NCBI GenBank assembly: GCA_963732205.1
Contig: CAVSYE010000001.1
Coordinates: 264,128-328,127 of the forward strand
Source: an uncultured Alphaproteobacteria bacterium
GTDB lineage: Bacteria; Pseudomonadota; Alphaproteobacteria; Rhizobiales; Methyloligellaceae
Length of the DNA: 64,000 bases
Direction of reading: 5' to 3'
Part shown: positions 61,138 through 64,000 of the stretch, one piece after another
Layout of the letters: each line of letters opens with the position of its first letter
Numbering within the stretch: the stretch's first letter is position 1
Translations under genes and position numbers: made by a program
Notes under the pieces: model-generated
What the model was told of the DNA's origin: nothing
Databases searched by the model: none
The model's input: the letters and a program-made list of their open reading frames with translations, nothing else

Positions 61138-62006
61138 TCAGTCCTTGCGCTTCCTTGTTAATGCGGCCGCGAGTTCTCGTACGAGTGGCTTCATAAAGAA
61201 CTTGTTGTCGCGAGGAGTAACATTCACCTGCACTCCAATTGCATCAAGCTCGGCTACAACAATAGGCCCAACCGCCGCAACGACAATGCGTTCCAAACCT
61301 TGCCGCAGCTCCGCTTCTCGACCGAAGGCGCGTGCAACGTCGCGAAACCGTCGAACCTGAGGCGCACTTGTAAAGGCGATCGCGTCAATCCGGCCGGCAG
61401 CCATTTCGGCAATGACGGCGATCACGCGCGTATCGTCGACTTCCGAAGCGTAGACATATGGAAGCACGGGATCCCCTTCTGCCCCGGCGCCTTCGAGGAA
61501 TTTCAGAAGTCGCTCATTCGCATTGCCAGGATATAGCTGCACGCCGACCCGCCGCCCGGTGAGGTCGTGCCGTTCCAGCGCCGCGATAACGCCTTCGGTT
61601 GTGGGTTCGTCGGCGGGCAGGTCGGTCGTCAAACCGATCTCTCGCAGCGCGCGCACTGGCTTTGGCCCACGCGTAATCTTGCGTGTCGGCGTAGCGCAGC
61701 GATGAAGGCGGACTCGAGATCGATGCGTCGGGCAAAGCCGAGGAGGCGCCGTAGACCTTCACCTGTCATCAGCACGAGATCGTCACAAGCCCTATTAGCG
61801 AACCGGCGCAGCCACGCCTCTACCGGCGCTGTGTCGGGCGTATCGCGGATGGCAATCATTGGACAGGGGACAGTATCGGCACCGAGCTCTTCCAGCATGC
61901 GCACCAGTTGACCGAGTTCGCGCGTCTCCGGCACCACAACTCGCCGTCCGTTCAGCTCTTCCGTCGTGCCCAAACTTTCACTCCACGGCGATACGAGACC
62001 CAGCAA
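61138..62006 (-). pseudogene. hemD: Uroporphyrinogen-III synthase-like protein, frameshift at ~61688
   Basis: RVVVPETRE, LMTGEG, RGPKPVRAL, AFTSAPQV; start uncertain. Confidence 0.8.
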
Positions 62007-62096
62007 GATACTTTCGAGACGATGCCGATATCAGCTGACTCAGCCCACGCTGTTGAGGCTCCCGCTTGACGGCGGCAAGGCGACGTTTTAGCCGGC

Positions 62097-62586
62097 TCAT
62101 CGATAGGGCGCGTCGAGTGAGATATTCTTTGCGATCTCCCGCTCCCAGCGATCGCCATTCGCAAGTAGGCGTTCCTTGTCGTAGTAGAGCTCCTCGGGTG
62201 TCTCGGTCGCGAACTCAAAGTTCGGTCCCAGAACGATGGAGTCAACGGGGCAGGAACTCCTGGCAATAGCCGCAGTAGATGCATTTCATCATGTCGATGT
62301 CGAAGCGGGTTGTTCGTCGCGTGCCGTCGTTGCGCCGTGGCTCAGCCTTGATTGTGATCGCCTGCGCCGGGCAGATCGCCTCGCATAGCTTGCAGGCGAT
62401 GCAGCGCTCCTCTCCGTTCGGATAGCGCCGCAGCGCAAGCTCGCCGCGAAAGCGGGGCGATAGCGACCCCTTCTCGAACGGATAATTCAACGTACCTTCG
62501 GCTTGAAGAAGTAGCGCAGCGCCAGGAAGAACGCCGAAACGAACTCCGTCAGAAAGATCGACCGGGCCAGTTGATCCAGCCTCCAT
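62097..62586 (-). pseudogene. nuoI: Stand-alone NADH-quinone oxidoreductase subunit I with three indels
   Basis: [14 protein letters not shown]; [12 protein letters not shown]; CIYCGYC; tail NFEFATET...YYDKERLL in a shifted frame. Confidence 0.92.
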
Positions 62587-62757
62587 GATCTCGCCCTGTC
62601 CGCGTTCACCAGTTTGGTCACACGCTGGAACATCTCGCGTTGCCCGGGTCTACGACCGGTCTACCTCCCTCACTTTATCCTCGACTCCCCGATGATCACC
62701 TCGTAGTTGACGTTGCCGATCACGCACGCACGCACCTAAGTGTGCGCTGTCCAGCTC

Positions 62758-63093
62758 TCAATCACCCGTGCCAGGGTTTGGCGATAACAGGTTGATCTTG
62801 TCGGGCTTGCCCTCCCACTCCTTGGCATCTGGCGGCGGCTCACGTTTTACGGTGATGTTGGGCCAGATCTGAGCATATTTGGTATTGATCTCCAGCCACT
62901 TCTCGAGTCCGGGCTCGGTGTCCGGCTTGATTGCATCAACCGGGCATTCCGGCTCGCAAACACCGCAATCGATGCATTCGTCCGGGTGGATGACGAGCAT
63001 GTTCTCGCCTTCGTAGAAGCAGTCGACGGGACATACCTCGACACAGTCCATGTACTTACATTTGATGCAGCTCTCATTGACGATGTACGTCAC
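62758..63093 (-). CDS. fdxA: 7Fe-type ferredoxin
   Basis: [18 protein letters not shown]; [12 protein letters not shown]; GGAGG RBS. Confidence 0.95.
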   Translation of the reverse strand: MTYIVNESCIKCKYMDCVEVCPVDCFYEGENMLVIHPDECIDCGVCEPECPVDAIKPDTEPGLEKWLEINTKYAQIWPNITVKREPPPDAKEWEGKPDKINLLSPNPGTGD

Positions 63094-63115
63094 GCGAGCC
63101 TCCTTCCAGGAAGAC

Positions 63116-63216
63116 TGGCCGTCGACCTCCGGATCATCGAATGGTGCACCCTATTAACGATTTCTAGAAGGATGGCCGTCGACCTCCGGATCATCGAATG
63201 GTGCACCCCATTAACG
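63116..63216. repeat. 44-bp tandem duplication, period 57
   Basis: TGGCCGTCGACCTCCGGATCATCGAATGGTGCACCCYATTAACG at 63116 and 63173. Confidence 0.9.
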
Positions 63217-63411
63217 CTCAATAGCCTCGGTGTGAGGTCGAGGTGGGTGACGCGTGTCACCGCGCCGATTCGATCGCCGCACATACATGATCGTGGCTCC
63301 GGGCTGGTCAGCCTTGGCCTTTAAGGCCGCGATGAGCGCGTCTTCGGCGTCAACGACAATTCGGTCGGCTTTTCCTTTCACTCTCAGTCCGACAGTGAAT
63401 TGCCACGACAT
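63211..63411 (-). CDS. Small hypothetical protein
   Basis: 66 aa; AGGAAGG upstream. Confidence 0.5.
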   Translation of the reverse strand: MSWQFTVGLRVKGKADRIVVDAEDALIAALKAKADQPGATIMYVRRSNRRGDTRHPPRPHTEAIER

Positions 63412-63810
63412 TTCTGGCCTTCCTTGAATCTACATTACGAACGAGCGCTCACCGGCATCGAACAATACCTTGCGTGCGAGCTCGATCTCTTTGCGCTTAG
63501 GGGTTGTCGCGTCACACTCAGCGCGCACCCCCAATATGCACAAAAATAGAGTGGGGCGGACGCTGGTTTAAGGGGCATCACATGCTACATGGTCCGCCCC
63601 ATGCGCGCTTCATATATCGGCATCAGTCAACAATGGCGCGCGTCCTTGACAAGTGGCCATTCAGTCCCCCCAGCACAAGTGACCTCGATCAAGGTCAAGG
63701 ACAAATCTTTAAACCTGACTGCCTTGGCCAAGCGGTGACGAACTCGGCTTAGGCTACCGCCAGCGGAGTGCCTTCCGGGCTTTTCAGAACACGAGATGTC
63801 TGCTTTTGAC

Positions 63811-64000
63811 GTTGTGGACGGCTCCTCCGCATGAGTGTCAAGGACGTGGGTGCGGTTAAGTACCCACGATTCGGAGGGGTGCGAATGAAGGTCGGATGTT
63901 TCGGCGCCTTAACTCGACTTCGGATGGACGATCACCCGGATGCCAAGGCCCGTCTTAAACACGTTGGCCACACCCCAATGGCCTTCGGGCCGTGCCGGCA
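63811..64000 (-). mobile_element. Probable non-coding end of an IS110/IS1111-family element; transposase would lie beyond the window
   Basis: GTGGACGGCTCC set 3 nt inside the junction with the half-palindrome ATGTCTGCTTTTGAC; hairpin-rich non-coding sequence follows. Confidence 0.45.

Noticed and set aside
63116-63216. Two 44-bp repeats as a mini-CRISPR
   Set aside because: Only two units with a 13-bp gap; simple tandem duplication.
63685-63698. Fnr/FixK box (TCGAT-N4-GTCAA)
   Set aside because: Two mismatches to TTGAT-N4-ATCAA and no clear linked promoter; chance match is likely.

Overview
GC-rich alphaproteobacterial chromosome segment (Hyphomicrobiales-like; inferred from rluD-rpoH synteny and gene content). 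1-27718 is mostly core-type: thiC 3' part, a TMEM175 channel, a cell-envelope cluster (large Cys/His protein, VWA, dacB, SH3), small stress genes, SLT/SPOR genes, corA, a Kef-type antiporter, rpoH, rluD and tRNA-Glu(CTC). One ~2.9 kb insert (2251-5100) follows a decayed CAT-anticodon tRNA and carries a translationally coupled TIR / HEPN / HEPN-like operon, the best candidate here for an undescribed anti-phage system. From tRNA-Glu to the window end (~36 kb) is a decaying accessory island. It holds integrase, excisionase and resolvase remnants, a second diverged copy of the HEPN-like gene, IS6 and rve-type IS pieces, a MITE and a probable IS110/IS1111 end. Its cargo is redox/stress genes: a 2-oxoacid decarboxylase, pirin, an RpoD paralogue, a Cys-rich MarR with a SufE / NDH-2 / Mrp-DUF971 / Nfu / PCD module, phasins, and orphan nuoI, fdxA and hemD. 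Many genes carry single-base indels, including core thiC, so some pseudogene calls may be sequencing errors. All family assignments come from motif recognition by eye; no searches were run.
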